This document shows, piece after piece, positions 9,081 to 19,900 of a stretch of 64,000 bases of DNA. The stretch's first letter is position 1. Each line of letters begins with the position of its first letter. The DNA comes from an uncultured Acidobacteriota bacterium (lineage in GTDB: Bacteria > Acidobacteriota > Terriglobia > UBA7540), in assembly GCA_963804995.1 (NCBI GenBank), contig CAWDSK010000003.1, forward strand, positions 1,440,001-1,504,000, in the 5' to 3' direction. The translations under genes and the position numbers were made by a program. The notes below the pieces were generated by a model that saw only the letters and a program-made list of their open reading frames with translations, was not told where the DNA came from and did not search any database.

Positions 9081-10993
9081 GTTGCGGTAGGGATACCGGT
9101 TACCCGGTACCCCCCGCACGGATCCGTACGTGCGCTGGTTAGCGCATACGGCTCTTATCTCGGATGTGTGGCGGCGAACCGTTGGGATGGCCAAGGATGC
9201 ACAACGTGCGGAGCAGGCAACCAGCAGGCCGCAAGCTTCCCCAGTCGGTCCCAGTTGAGGCGGTGGCGTTGACTGCGTTGACGCAGTTGTGTTCGCCACA
9301 GTCGGGTCAACCGTTCCCGAAAGATTCGCAGGCGGTCGAGGTTTCCCGGTACCGCGTGATAGTTGAAGTAGCCTTGCACGACCGACCGGAGCCATTTACC
9401 CGTATCCGCGATGGGATCGTGCCGACGCTGCCGGAGTTGTTGCTTGAGTTCCTGCAACTTCCCCCGCAGGCGCTTGCTGATCGTCTTCCGCTTCACGGTA
9501 AATTGCCCCCTCCGGTTCTTCCCGCTGATATGCGTGAAGCCCAGAAAGTCGAACGTCTCCGGCTTACCTTCTCCTCTCCGTTTCCGGTAAAGTTCGGCAA
9601 ACGGCCCGAACTCGATCCGGCGCGTTTTGTCAGGATGCAGTTCCAATCCAAACTTCCCCACCCGCTCCCGGAAATCCTCCAGAAAGCGGTCGGCTTCCGT
9701 CTGCGATTGGAATCCAAGGACCGTATCGTCGGCATACCGCACCACGACCACGTCTCCCCGGGCGTGCTTCTTGCGCCACGCCTGCACCCACAGGTCAAAG
9801 ACGTAGTGCAGATAGATATTCGCCAGCAGGGGCGAGACCACCGCCCCTTGTGGCGTACCCATCTCCGTCTCCGACCATTCGCCTTCCTCCCTCACCCCGG
9901 CTTTCAGCCATTTCTGGATGAGCCGGAGAATCCGGGGGTCGGCGACGCGATGCTGCACGAACTTGAGCATCCATTCGTGGGATATCGAATCGAAAAATCC
10001 ACGAATGTCCGCGTCAAGAACGTAGTTCACGTGCTTCACCGTGAGCGCGTACGAGAGCGCGTCCAGCGCTTGATGCTGGCTGCATCCCGGTCGAAAGCCA
10101 TACGAGAAGCCCAGAAAGTCTTCCTCGTAAATCGCATTGAGGATGGTGACCACGGCCTGTTGGACGATCTTGTCCTCCAGTGCCGCAACCCCCAACGGAC
10201 GTTGCCGCCCGTCGCCTTTCGGGATATACGCCCTTCGCGAGGGCTTCGCTCGGAATGCTCCGCGGTGGACCCGGCTGTGCAGATCGACGAGTCGACCTTC
10301 CAGCCCGCTTTCATACTCCTGCCACGTCATGCCGTCTACTCCCGGTGCAGCTTTTCGCTTCAAGGCGTAAAAGCTTTCCCGCAGCAGATCGACCGTTAAG
10401 TGGTGGAGCAAGGCCGTGAACTTCATCTCCCTGTGTTCCTTCGCGGCTTTCCGCACACCCGCGAGTCCCTGGGACACGCGTGCCCCGCTCTGTGTCGGGT
10501 GCGTGTTAGGCCAACGGGTGTTCTCCTTGATCAGCGGCCTTCCCTCCTCATTCTCCGCCAACGGCTTCCCGTCTTTGTTCAAATGATTCATCGGTACTGT
10601 TCCGCTGTCCGACTCCTCGAAAGCGTGCAGGCGGGCTGTACGGCCATCGCCTTTTCCCGCCGTCCGGCCACGATCTACGGCGGCCGGCGCCTCCGAGGTC
10701 TCCCGGTTCTCGTGCAGAAAGTGTCTAGGCGTGTCTGGGGTCTACGACTACGCAGGACTGTGCCGGAACTCGCGTTGGCGTCCCGGCCTCATGTTGCCTT
10801 CCGTTTAGTCTGAAAACGTCGGCGTCCTGATTGGACATTTTCGAAGCTCAATACCCAGCCCACCTATTCCCCTGTTTACGCTTCACCGTGCGCCTCACGA
10901 CGCCCAGCGCAAAACTCGGGGCCGAGTGGATCGCTGCTCCTTCCTCGTGAGAAATTTTCATTCTCTGCTTTCTGCCGGTTTATCCCGGCGCAC
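9081..10993 (-). mobile_element. Complete group II intron, 1913 nt
   Basis: 5' end GTGCG at 10993; domain V GAGCCGTATGCG...CGCACGTACGGATC and domain VI ending CCGCAAC at 9081; removing it restores a repeat matching the intact copy at 11137-11170. Confidence 0.95.
9155..10591 (-). CDS. ltrA: Group II intron reverse transcriptase/maturase, no C-terminal endonuclease domain
   Basis: APGVDG, RPLG, SYGFRPG, DIRGFFD, GTPQG..SPLLANIYL, RYADD, FDFLGF, X domain YFNYHAVPGN. Confidence 0.95.
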   Translation of the reverse strand: MNHLNKDGKPLAENEEGRPLIKENTRWPNTHPTQSGARVSQGLAGVRKAAKEHREMKFTALLHHLTVDLLRESFYALKRKAAPGVDGMTWQEYESGLEGRLVDLHSRVHRGAFRAKPSRRAYIPKGDGRQRPLGVAALEDKIVQQAVVTILNAIYEEDFLGFSYGFRPGCSQHQALDALSYALTVKHVNYVLDADIRGFFDSISHEWMLKFVQHRVADPRILRLIQKWLKAGVREEGEWSETEMGTPQGAVVSPLLANIYLHYVFDLWVQAWRKKHARGDVVVVRYADDTVLGFQSQTEADRFLEDFRERVGKFGLELHPDKTRRIEFGPFAELYRKRRGEGKPETFDFLGFTHISGKNRRGQFTVKRKTISKRLRGKLQELKQQLRQRRHDPIADTGKWLRSVVQGYFNYHAVPGNLDRLRIFRERLTRLWRTQLRQRSQRHRLNWDRLGKLAACWLPAPHVVHPWPSQRFAATHPR

Positions 10994-11170
10994 CAGACCC
11001 CGGTACTTGGGGGTCTGCGATTTCCCAACGGGACTTTTAAGGGCTTGCGGCTGATCCCAGTGGGCTGGTAGTAGGCATGCTGTCGGAGAGTCCACTTGTG
11101 CCAATCCCGTGCCGGAAGAATGTCCTTTCAGGAAATCGCAGACCCCCAAGTACCGGGGTCTGCGCCAGCC
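10994..11170. repeat. REP doublet whose left arm is interrupted by the intron
   Basis: Inverted hairpins at 10994-11024 and 11131-11170 around a spacer homologous to 8590-8710. Confidence 0.85.
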
Positions 11171-11205
11171 AGCCGCCATAATCCAGCGGACCGGGGAGAA
11201 TCGAA

Positions 11206-12231
11206 ATGCTTCGCGCCACCATGACCAGTCCGGGGAAAATCGAGTTTACGGAAGTGCCGAAGCCTTTACTCGGCGACCACGACGTTTTGTTGCGCATCCG
11301 CCGGATTGGAATCTGCGGGTCTGATATCCACGTTTATCACGGTAAACATCCGTACACTTCCTATCCGGTTGTGCAGGGCCACGAATTCTGCGGGGAGGTT
11401 GCGGAAATTGGCCCGAGCGTCCAATCCTTTCACAGAGGCGATCTGGCCACGGCTCCTCCGCAGATTGTTTGTGGCGAGTGCCTGCCTTGCCGCGAGGGGC
11501 GCTATCACATCTGCGAGCGCCTGAAGGTAATGGGGTTTCAAGCCCCGGGAGTTGCGCAGGAGTTCTTCTCCCTCCCGGAATCTGCCTTGTTGAAACTGCC
11601 GGCAGGGTTCACGCTGGAATCGGGCGCGCTGGTTGAGCCGACGGCGGTCGCGATCCATGCCGTGGGCCGGGCGGGCAGTGTGGCGGGACTGAACGTGCTC
11701 GTCCTGGGTGCGGGACCCATCGGTAACCTGGTCGCCCAGGTGGCACGGTGGCGCCATGCTCGACGGGTAGCGATATCCGACCTCAGCAACCCGCGCTTGG
11801 AAATCGCCCGGCAATGCGGAATCGAACACACCATTAATTCCCGCGAGGCTCCTCTCGAAAATTACGTGGCGGAGGTGTTCGGCTCGAATCGCGCGGACGT
11901 GGCCTTTGAATGCGTGGGGGCCGCCGAAACCGCGAACCAGGCCATCCACAACGTCAGAAAGGGTGGCACCATTGTCGTGGTGGGGGTGTTTGGCGATCGC
12001 CCCCAGGTTGACTTGGGACTGGTGCAGGATCGCGAGCTCGAGCTGCGAGGGACCTTGATGTACCAGCGCCAGGACTACGTGGAGGCGATTCGCTGCCTCA
12101 GCGAGGGAGGTATCACGGTTGGCCCCCTGCTGACCAGGACATTCCCCTTCCGCCAATACCCCGAGGCGTATGCCTTCATCGAGGACAACCGCGAGAAGGT
12201 CATGAAGGTCATGCTGGAGTTTGACGAGTAA
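11206..12231 (+). CDS. Zn-dependent sugar-alcohol dehydrogenase (MDR family)
   Basis: GICGSD, GHE, CGECLPC...C, GAGPIG; divergent from the polyol ABC operon. Confidence 0.9.
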   Translation: MLRATMTSPGKIEFTEVPKPLLGDHDVLLRIRRIGICGSDIHVYHGKHPYTSYPVVQGHEFCGEVAEIGPSVQSFHRGDLATAPPQIVCGECLPCREGRYHICERLKVMGFQAPGVAQEFFSLPESALLKLPAGFTLESGALVEPTAVAIHAVGRAGSVAGLNVLVLGAGPIGNLVAQVARWRHARRVAISDLSNPRLEIARQCGIEHTINSREAPLENYVAEVFGSNRADVAFECVGAAETANQAIHNVRKGGTIVVVGVFGDRPQVDLGLVQDRELELRGTLMYQRQDYVEAIRCLSEGGITVGPLLTRTFPFRQYPEAYAFIEDNREKVMKVMLEFDE

Positions 12232-12444
12232 GTTGAGCGGGGCGGAAAGAAAAACGGTGTATACTTTGACCGGGTAAAACGACCAGAAGGGATTTTCGGT
12301 CAAGACGTCAAGGACCTACGGACCAAAACACTATTGCGCGTGACCGTTCTCAGGCACATTTTGTCGCTCGCCCACCGCTATCCGCCTCTGTCTTCTGTCA
12401 AAGGCCTGATTCTCCAAGACTTCTCCCCAGTGCGAGGAAGCCCT

Positions 12445-14502
12445 ATGAACAGCAGTATTCGCTTATTCAGTTTTGTCATGCTTTGTACAGCTTTGTCAAC
12501 TTCACCGCGGCTTGTTGCCCAAGAACGGCCAGACCGGGATCCGTTTCTCCACTGGATGGATGAGATTGCGCAGCGGCAACTTCGCGATCGGGAAAACACG
12601 ATTGCCGCCATCCACACTGTGGCTGAGGCGGAGCACCGAAAGCAGTACGTCCGGGAAAAGCTAATCGAGATTCTGGGTGGCCTGCCAAACTACAGCGGTC
12701 CGCTGAACGCCAAGATCACGGGTCAAATTCAGGGGGACGGTTACACCATCGAGAAGGTAGTTTTCGAAAGCTTGCCAAACTTCTACGTGACGGCCAATGT
12801 CTATCGGCCGAACCAGCCCGGGCGCTACCCCGGTGTGCTGCTTCAAGCGGGCCATACGCAGGAGGGAAAGCCGGAGGATCAACGGCTGGCCGCTAATCTG
12901 GCTCTCAAGGGATATGTCGTGCTGGCTTTCGATCCCATCGGTCAAGGCGAAAGGGAGCAGACCTATGACCGGTTGACAGACCGGGCTGCCGCGGGGTGGT
13001 CCGTACCCGAGCACATTCAAGGGGGGGCGGAAGCCCAGCTTATCAATGAGGGCATGGGCCGCTGGTTCATTTGGGATGCCAAACGCGCGATCGACTATCT
13101 GGAAAGCCGCCCGGATGTGGACGCTTCACACCTGGGAGCCGCGGGTTGCTCCGGCGGTGGAGCCTTGACAACCTATATTGGCGCTCTCGATACGCGGCTT
13201 AAGGCAGTGGCGCCTTCCTGCTTCACTCAATCCATGCACGTGTTGTTTACCGGCCCTGACCCTGATTCCGAGATGAGCTTCCCGAAATCTCTCGTGAGTG
13301 GCCTGGATCACGCAGATTTTGCGGAATTGGCTGCTCCCACTCCCTGGCTGTTCCTCGCGACTGAGGGTGATTTCTTCACCCCCACGGGAGCCAAGATGGT
13401 TTATGACGAGGCCCGGCGCTGGTACGCGATTTACGGGGCGGAGGATAAAGTTCGCTACTTTGTGGGGCACGGCCCTCATGGCACACCGCTCGAAACCCGG
13501 CAAATCATGTACGAGTGGTTCAACCGCTGGCTCAAGAATGGCCAGGGGGATGACCATGAGCTGCCGGTACATCAGTACGCCAACTTTGAACTTCTGGCGA
13601 CGCCCACGGGTCATGTGGATGACTTGCCGGGTAGTCGTAAGGTCTATCAATTGATCATGGATGAGCTGCGTGCCAAGGAGCAGCCCGGAACAATTCCCGA
13701 TCTCTTGGCGGAGCTGCGAAAGTTGGGGGTCCCCACCGACGGTACTCCTCCCGATGTGAAGGTTGTCGATGATTCAAGAGTTCCCGAGGGCCGGCTTGAG
13801 CGCATCCGTTTTGAGAGTGAACCGGGCGTGGAGATTGGCGGAAAGCTCTACATTCCGGATTCCGCGGGGCGGAAGCCGGCAGTGCTGCTAGTGGCGGATG
13901 AATCCAGGAACTATTGGGTTCTGCCTACTGACGCGTTAGCTAAGAGGATGGCGAAGTTGGGGCGAGTCGTTCTCGAACTGGAGGTCCGTGACTCTCCGGG
14001 TGAACAAGGGCGGCCGTTTATCGGAAATTGGCAGACTAATGCCCGTGCCGATCAAATTGGGCGCAACCTTCCGGCGATGCGCGCGCATGACATTCTGCGT
14101 GGCATCGATGTGCTCACCGCACGCAGCGATGTTGACCCGGCCTCAATTCATGCGACTGCGCGGGATGCGAAGGGAGTTTGGCTCCTGCTGGCAGCAGCGA
14201 TGGACACCAGGATCAGCAAGATCTGGTTGGATAAGACCCCGTACAGTGTGCGGGAGGCTTTGAATCGGCCCATGAACGAAAACCTATTCGACGCGGTGAT
14301 TCCCGGCTTCGCGCTGCGTTGGGACTTGGAGGATCTGACCAAGGCTATGGGGAACCGTCCAGTGTTGTGGACCGACCCAAAGAACTGGCTGGGCAAGATT
14401 GTTCCTCTCGGTTCCACCTATCGGTACCGGTACGTGACTGGGGATACGACGGACCTGCTCAATGCACAAGACGACGAGATTATGGATGACTTCCTGAAGT
14501 GA
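12445..14502 (+). CDS. Secreted two-domain alpha/beta hydrolase (acetyl xylan esterase-like)
   Basis: Signal peptide; FES.P..YVTANVY.P, DPIGQGER, GCSGGG nucleophile elbow. Confidence 0.85.
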   Translation: MNSSIRLFSFVMLCTALSTSPRLVAQERPDRDPFLHWMDEIAQRQLRDRENTIAAIHTVAEAEHRKQYVREKLIEILGGLPNYSGPLNAKITGQIQGDGYTIEKVVFESLPNFYVTANVYRPNQPGRYPGVLLQAGHTQEGKPEDQRLAANLALKGYVVLAFDPIGQGEREQTYDRLTDRAAAGWSVPEHIQGGAEAQLINEGMGRWFIWDAKRAIDYLESRPDVDASHLGAAGCSGGGALTTYIGALDTRLKAVAPSCFTQSMHVLFTGPDPDSEMSFPKSLVSGLDHADFAELAAPTPWLFLATEGDFFTPTGAKMVYDEARRWYAIYGAEDKVRYFVGHGPHGTPLETRQIMYEWFNRWLKNGQGDDHELPVHQYANFELLATPTGHVDDLPGSRKVYQLIMDELRAKEQPGTIPDLLAELRKLGVPTDGTPPDVKVVDDSRVPEGRLERIRFESEPGVEIGGKLYIPDSAGRKPAVLLVADESRNYWVLPTDALAKRMAKLGRVVLELEVRDSPGEQGRPFIGNWQTNARADQIGRNLPAMRAHDILRGIDVLTARSDVDPASIHATARDAKGVWLLLAAAMDTRISKIWLDKTPYSVREALNRPMNENLFDAVIPGFALRWDLEDLTKAMGNRPVLWTDPKNWLGKIVPLGSTYRYRYVTGDTTDLLNAQDDEIMDDFLK

Positions 14503-15659
14503 TGACTCAAGTGCAGCAGGCAAAGCGTTCTCGAAGGATAGTGGGCGCAATGGCACCGGCGATATTGCTGGTGGCGGCGGCATCCGTGTTGACCTTACCG
14601 CCACAAAAAGGAATACAGGCGGGTGTGACCCAAGCCTCACTGGATGGGAAGGAAGGCGCCGCAGTAACAGAGCGGGCCGGGGGCAATCCGTTCGTCCCCA
14701 TTGTACTTTCTCAATCGGGGCCGTCCCCGTACCGCTTGGCATCGATGTCCACGCTGAGACTCACGATGACCGGGCACACCGACCGTGTTTTCAGTGTGGC
14801 CTGGAGCCCTGACGGCAAGCGCCTGGCGACGGGGAGTGCCGACGGCACCGCCAGGGTTTGGGATGCCAATAGCGGGAAGGAATTACTCGTCTTACGCGGC
14901 CACCCCGACTTTGTTTGGAGCGTTGCCTGGAGCCCTGACGGTACGCGCTTAGCCACCGCCAGCGAGGACAACACGGTGAAGGTTTGGGACGCCGCGAGCG
15001 GTATGGAATTGTCGACGTTGAGGGGCCACACCGAATCCGTCCAAAGTGTGGCATGGAGTCCAGATGGCAAGTTCTTGGCGACCGCTAGCCGTGATACCAC
15101 GGCGAAGGTGTGGGATGCCGCGAGTGGTAAGCTACTCCAGACCATGAAGGGCCACATTGACTACCTGTGGGACGTGGCCTGGAGCCCGGACGGCACGCGC
15201 TTGGCGACGGCCAGTTGGGATACCACGGCGAAGGTGTGGGACGCCGCTAGCGGCAAGCTTCTTGTGACCCTGACCGGCCACGTTGCAATTGTTTACTGCG
15301 TGGCTTGGAGTCCCGATGGCAAATTCCTGGCCACGACGAGTGACGATCACACCGTGAAGATCTGGGACGCGGAAAGCGGCAAGGAATTGCGCACCCTCAA
15401 CGGCCACGAGGGCTTTGTCTTGAGCGCGGCTTGGCGCCCTGACGGCAGGCTCCTGGCGACGGGCAGTGTTGACCACACCGTAAAACTATGGGATCCGAAG
15501 GATGGAAAGCTCCTGGATACCCTGGAGGGCCACGGCGGGGTCGTTTGGAAAGTGGCGTGGAGCCCGGATGGCTCGCGCCTGGCGACGGCCTGTGGAGACT
15601 TCAAGGTCAGAGTGTATAACGTCGGGGCCGGCAGTGCAGCGCGCACACCCGTAACTTAA
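14499..15659 (+). CDS. WD40 beta-propeller protein with N-terminal signal/anchor
   Basis: About seven 42-aa units GH...V.SVAWSPDG..LATxS.D.T.KVWD. Confidence 0.92.
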   Translation: MMTQVQQAKRSRRIVGAMAPAILLVAAASVLTLPPQKGIQAGVTQASLDGKEGAAVTERAGGNPFVPIVLSQSGPSPYRLASMSTLRLTMTGHTDRVFSVAWSPDGKRLATGSADGTARVWDANSGKELLVLRGHPDFVWSVAWSPDGTRLATASEDNTVKVWDAASGMELSTLRGHTESVQSVAWSPDGKFLATASRDTTAKVWDAASGKLLQTMKGHIDYLWDVAWSPDGTRLATASWDTTAKVWDAASGKLLVTLTGHVAIVYCVAWSPDGKFLATTSDDHTVKIWDAESGKELRTLNGHEGFVLSAAWRPDGRLLATGSVDHTVKLWDPKDGKLLDTLEGHGGVVWKVAWSPDGSRLATACGDFKVRVYNVGAGSAARTPVT

Positions 15660-15687
15660 TTTTGAAAAATCAGGCGCGGAGAGAATC

Positions 15688-16302
15688 ATGAGTCTTTCCC
15701 GAAGGCGGATGATGTATAGCCTGGCGGGCTTGGCAGGCATGACCCGGAATTTTACGGCCCTCCACGCTCACCATCACGCTCCGCGGTTTGGCAAGCGTGC
15801 CCTCGAAGCGTCTCTCGCCGCATCCGGCAGCATGGCGGACAAAGCTCCCGGCGTCAGCGGCCAGGGAGACATGAAATTCAAAGTTCTATACACATCTGAC
15901 CATCTTCCCCCCGAGGCCCAGAAAGCGCTGGTGAACGCGCATGGCGGGTTTGCCGTGGATCGCCGACCCGGGCATGACGAGGCTTATTTCGCCCTTCCCG
16001 GAGCAGGCATTCTCCAGATTAGTTCGGATTTTAAAACCATTAACCTGCTCAACACTCCGGATGAAATGCGCAAGGTAAACCTGCACGACACCAACATCTG
16101 GTACGACAAGGAGGGAACGCCTTACCTGGTTTTCCCCGCCAATAGTGAGGGTAAGATCTTCACCACCATGATTAAGGAAGACCTGGGATTGCCGAACTTC
16201 CTCCACATCCACAATGCCGCCCTACGGAAGATCGGGAGCAAGTTTTACATCCTGGCGCTGGCATGGAATCCCGGCGACTTCGCCATCCTGGAACAGGCCT
16301 GA
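15688..16302 (+). CDS. Tat-exported hypothetical protein, possibly an internally deleted beta-propeller
   Basis: SRRRMM twin-arginine motif; AHGGFAVD, HIHNA, WNPG motifs. Confidence 0.55.
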   Translation: MSLSRRRMMYSLAGLAGMTRNFTALHAHHHAPRFGKRALEASLAASGSMADKAPGVSGQGDMKFKVLYTSDHLPPEAQKALVNAHGGFAVDRRPGHDEAYFALPGAGILQISSDFKTINLLNTPDEMRKVNLHDTNIWYDKEGTPYLVFPANSEGKIFTTMIKEDLGLPNFLHIHNAALRKIGSKFYILALAWNPGDFAILEQA

Positions 16303-16735
16303 AGATCGGGGCGTTGGGTGGTGCATTTTGGAATGTATGTGACGGGCTGGCGCATCAGAGCGAGCCCAGCTCTGCGATTCACGTGTCTGACCTTGCCCGC
16401 TGATCATTGGGTGGTGAAGTAACCCCTCACCCGCCTGCGGACCGAAGCTGATGTTGTTTACATCTCACGGGTACCCCTTCGGTGGGCGTAGGCCCGTCGC
16501 GCTTCCCGATGAAGTACATCGGGACAGCACGCCACCCTCTCACCTCGGAGAGGGCTATGAATTCAACTTCTAACCCGCCGAACCCGTACGCGCTATGCTT
16601 GCTGACTGGAAGCCAACGCGTCCTCAGAAAGCACAGAGAGATAACATCCCACCGAACCAAGTCGTGCGTAGCGAGCATTCCCCCGCAACCTTCACGCCGG
16701 GCCAGGTTGACATTATGTCGATACCAAAAGAGTAC

Positions 16736-16764
16736 TTGACAGAGGTCAAAGTCAGGAGTATTCA
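16736..16764 (+). promoter_or_regulatory. Sigma70-like promoter overlapped by a TTGAC-N4-GTCAA palindrome
   Basis: TTGACA-17 nt-TATTCA upstream of the TonB receptor; ttgacagaggtcaa at 16736-16749. Confidence 0.5.
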
Positions 16765-16976
16765 TGTAGGCGGATAATCAAGACATACCCCTTCCGCCCA
16801 CCCCACACCGGTGGGCCCGCGATCGGGTTGAGGTTTGGTGTAGTCCACGTTTTAGGTTCACGAATCGGCGTGCAAGCGCCGAAGATGAAACGGTCCTCAG
16901 GTTAGTTTAACACTGCTTTTTGGTAGTCAACTTTATCGCGTCGGGTCTGGGTCACAATCGAAGGAGGACAATCATT

Positions 16977-19900
16977 ATGAGAAGGCTGAGCCTTCTATTT
17001 TTGCTTTTCTCTTTACCTCTCTTTTTCCTGGTTCCTGCAATGGCTCAAGATACGGCGAGCATAGTGGGAACCATCACCGATGCTTCCGGCGCGGCAATGC
17101 CGAACGTGAAAATAACCGTTGCCAACCCGGCCAAAGGTATCGACCGTCCTACCGAGTCAGATTCGGTCGGTGCGTTCAGAGTGGGATCTTTGCCTATCGG
17201 AACCTATTCGGTTACCGCCGAGGCGCCGGGATTCCAGAAGTACCTGCAAACCGACATCATTTTGGATATCGGCCAAGTTCAGCGCGTCGATGTGCAGATG
17301 ACAGTCGGAACCACCACGCAGGAAGTCACAGTAACCGGAAACGTGGTCAAGGTGCAGACGGACTCCGGCGAGCAGTCCTCGACCATCACCGGCAATCAGA
17401 TTCAAGCTCTGAACCTGAACGGCCGGCAGTTCGTGGGCCTGGCCACATTGGTGCCGGGCGCGGCCGTTAATAACGGCTACAACCCGACCGCCGTTGGTAA
17501 GAAGCTGCTGGCCTACATCGAGTTCAGCGGCAACCGCCATGACTACAATGACTGGCGGCAGGACGGCGGGAACATCTACAACTGGCAGGCGAACGGCAAC
17601 TTCCACACCACCCCCAGCCTGGATGCCATCGGGGAATTTAAGATTTCGACCTCGAACTTCGGCGCCGATATGGGCGCGCGCGCCGGCATCCTGGTGGAAA
17701 TGTCCACCAAGTCGGGTACGCGGGATTTCCACGGTGACGCGTACGACTATGTCCGCAACAACGTCATGGACGCCAACCCGTTCTTCACCAATCGTCAGAT
17801 CGGCGTCCAAAACGCCCCCAAAGTGCCCTTGAAGTGGAACGATTTCGGTTTCACTTTCGGTGGCCCACTCTACATCCCGGGTCACTACAACACCGACAAG
17901 ACCAAGACGTTCTTCTTCTATTCGCAAGAATGGCGGAAGGTGCGTGCCGGGACGGAACTCAGCGCCAACGCCCCCACGGCGCGCATGCGGGCTGGCGACT
18001 TCAGCGAGTGCGATCCGCTTTCTGTCAATCGCAACCCTCTCATCACCGGCTGCGGCTCCATCAACTCGGATGGATCTGTGGCGGACCTCCCGGTGGACCC
18101 CGCTACCGGCCAGTACTTTACGCGTGAGGGGAATGGGCTGGTGCCGGTCAGCACGCAAGCACAGACATTCCTGAACGCCTGGGTGCCGCTGCCCAATAGC
18201 GGGCCGATAGACTGGCTAAAATCCCCCAGCGTGCCCACCGAGTGGCGGCAAGAAATGATCCGTGTGGACCAGAACGTGGGGAGTAAAACGCGAATCTACG
18301 GACGTGCCACATGGGAAAAGTTTTTCGCCACCTTCGTTCCCGTTTTCTATACCAGCTCGTCTTATGATTCCATATCCAGCGTCTATGGTGGGCCCAGTTA
18401 CAACTGGGTGGGCCACGTTACACACACCTTTACGCCCACTATTGTGAATGACATCATGGTCCATTACGACATGTTCCACAACCAATGGGCTAACTCCGCG
18501 GGACCGAGCGCCGGCCCCAATGCGGTTAGCAAACCCTCCGACTGGTCGATGAAGTACCTCTTCGCGCCGAACGCCGCGCAACCGATTCTGCCCGGCATCA
18601 ACGTGTCGGACGACGTGATGAGCTTTTCGGAGGATTATGGTCCCCGACCCTACATCGCCAACGAACACAACTTCGAGTTGAAAGAGAACCTGGCGATTAC
18701 CAAGAGCAACCATTTCCTCAAGATGGGCTTCGATTACATGCAGATCGGGGACAACGACTGGAGCATCTACACGGTCATCAGCACCAACGCGACGACGCAA
18801 GGCGAGTTGGCGTTCAGCAATGGTTCCGCGGTCACTACGCATAACGCGCTCGCCGATATGGATCTGGGCCGGATTGCCACTTACGCGGAAACGTCTGCCA
18901 CCCGTGGCGGAGTGCCCATAGGGGGCTACCCGCACGGCAAGTACTTCCACTGGGCCCTGGAACCCTATTTCCAGGATGACTGGAGAGTAACCCGGCGCTT
19001 GACCCTCAACCTGGGCGTCCGGGCTTATTACCTTACCCGTTCGCATGATCAGTTGGGGGAAAATGACGTGGCGTTCGTACCCCAACAGTTCAACCAGGCG
19101 GTGCAGGCTCCCCTCATTTCGGTCAATGGTGCGGCGGTCGTCGCCCCTAATGCTGCCACCGGGCAGATTTACAACTTCACGATTTTCGGCAATGGCTTGG
19201 TGCAATGCGGGGTAGGGCAAATTGCCCGAGGCTGTCAGATTCAAGATGGCGTGCGGCCCACGCCACGTTTCGGGTTTGCTTATCAGCCTTTCAGCACCCC
19301 CAACACGGTAATCCGCGGCGGTTATGGGATGTTCTACGACCAGTTGACCACAAATGAACCCGGCGCGGAAGGCGTGGCCGGGAACGTTCCGGTCAACCTG
19401 GTCAGCAACGCCAGAGACATCATCGGTTACGGGTCGATCAGCCCCTCGGCTGCCGGTCCGGCCCCCTTCGCGATGATCACCGCCAACCAGCAGTATCCCC
19501 GCACCCAGCAGTTCAGCTTGGGCGTGCAGCACGAGTTCCGCTCGGACTGGCGCCTGAGTGTGAGCTATGTGGGGAATATCAGCCAACACCTCTCGCGCAC
19601 CCGGCAGTTCAATATGATCCCCATCGGCACTACCACCAAGACAGCTCCAGCCCTGGCGGGCACGCAGTATTGCGATGTAAACGGCGTCTGTGATGTGCAG
19701 GCAAGCATGATCAATGCCGCGCACCCGGCCGTTTTCTTCTACCCCTATCAGGGATGGGACACCATCGGTCTGACGGAGACCTCCGCAGCTTCCAACTACC
19801 ACTCCCTGCAATCGGAGTTGCGGCATAATTTTGGTCATGGCCTGACGATGCAGACCTCCTACACCTGGTCGCACATGATTGACGACGGCTCGAACTACGG

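Noticed and set aside
9155..10591. RT as a retron, DGR or defence RT
   Set aside because: It is embedded in clear group II intron ends (GTGCG, domain V/VI) and has a maturase domain.
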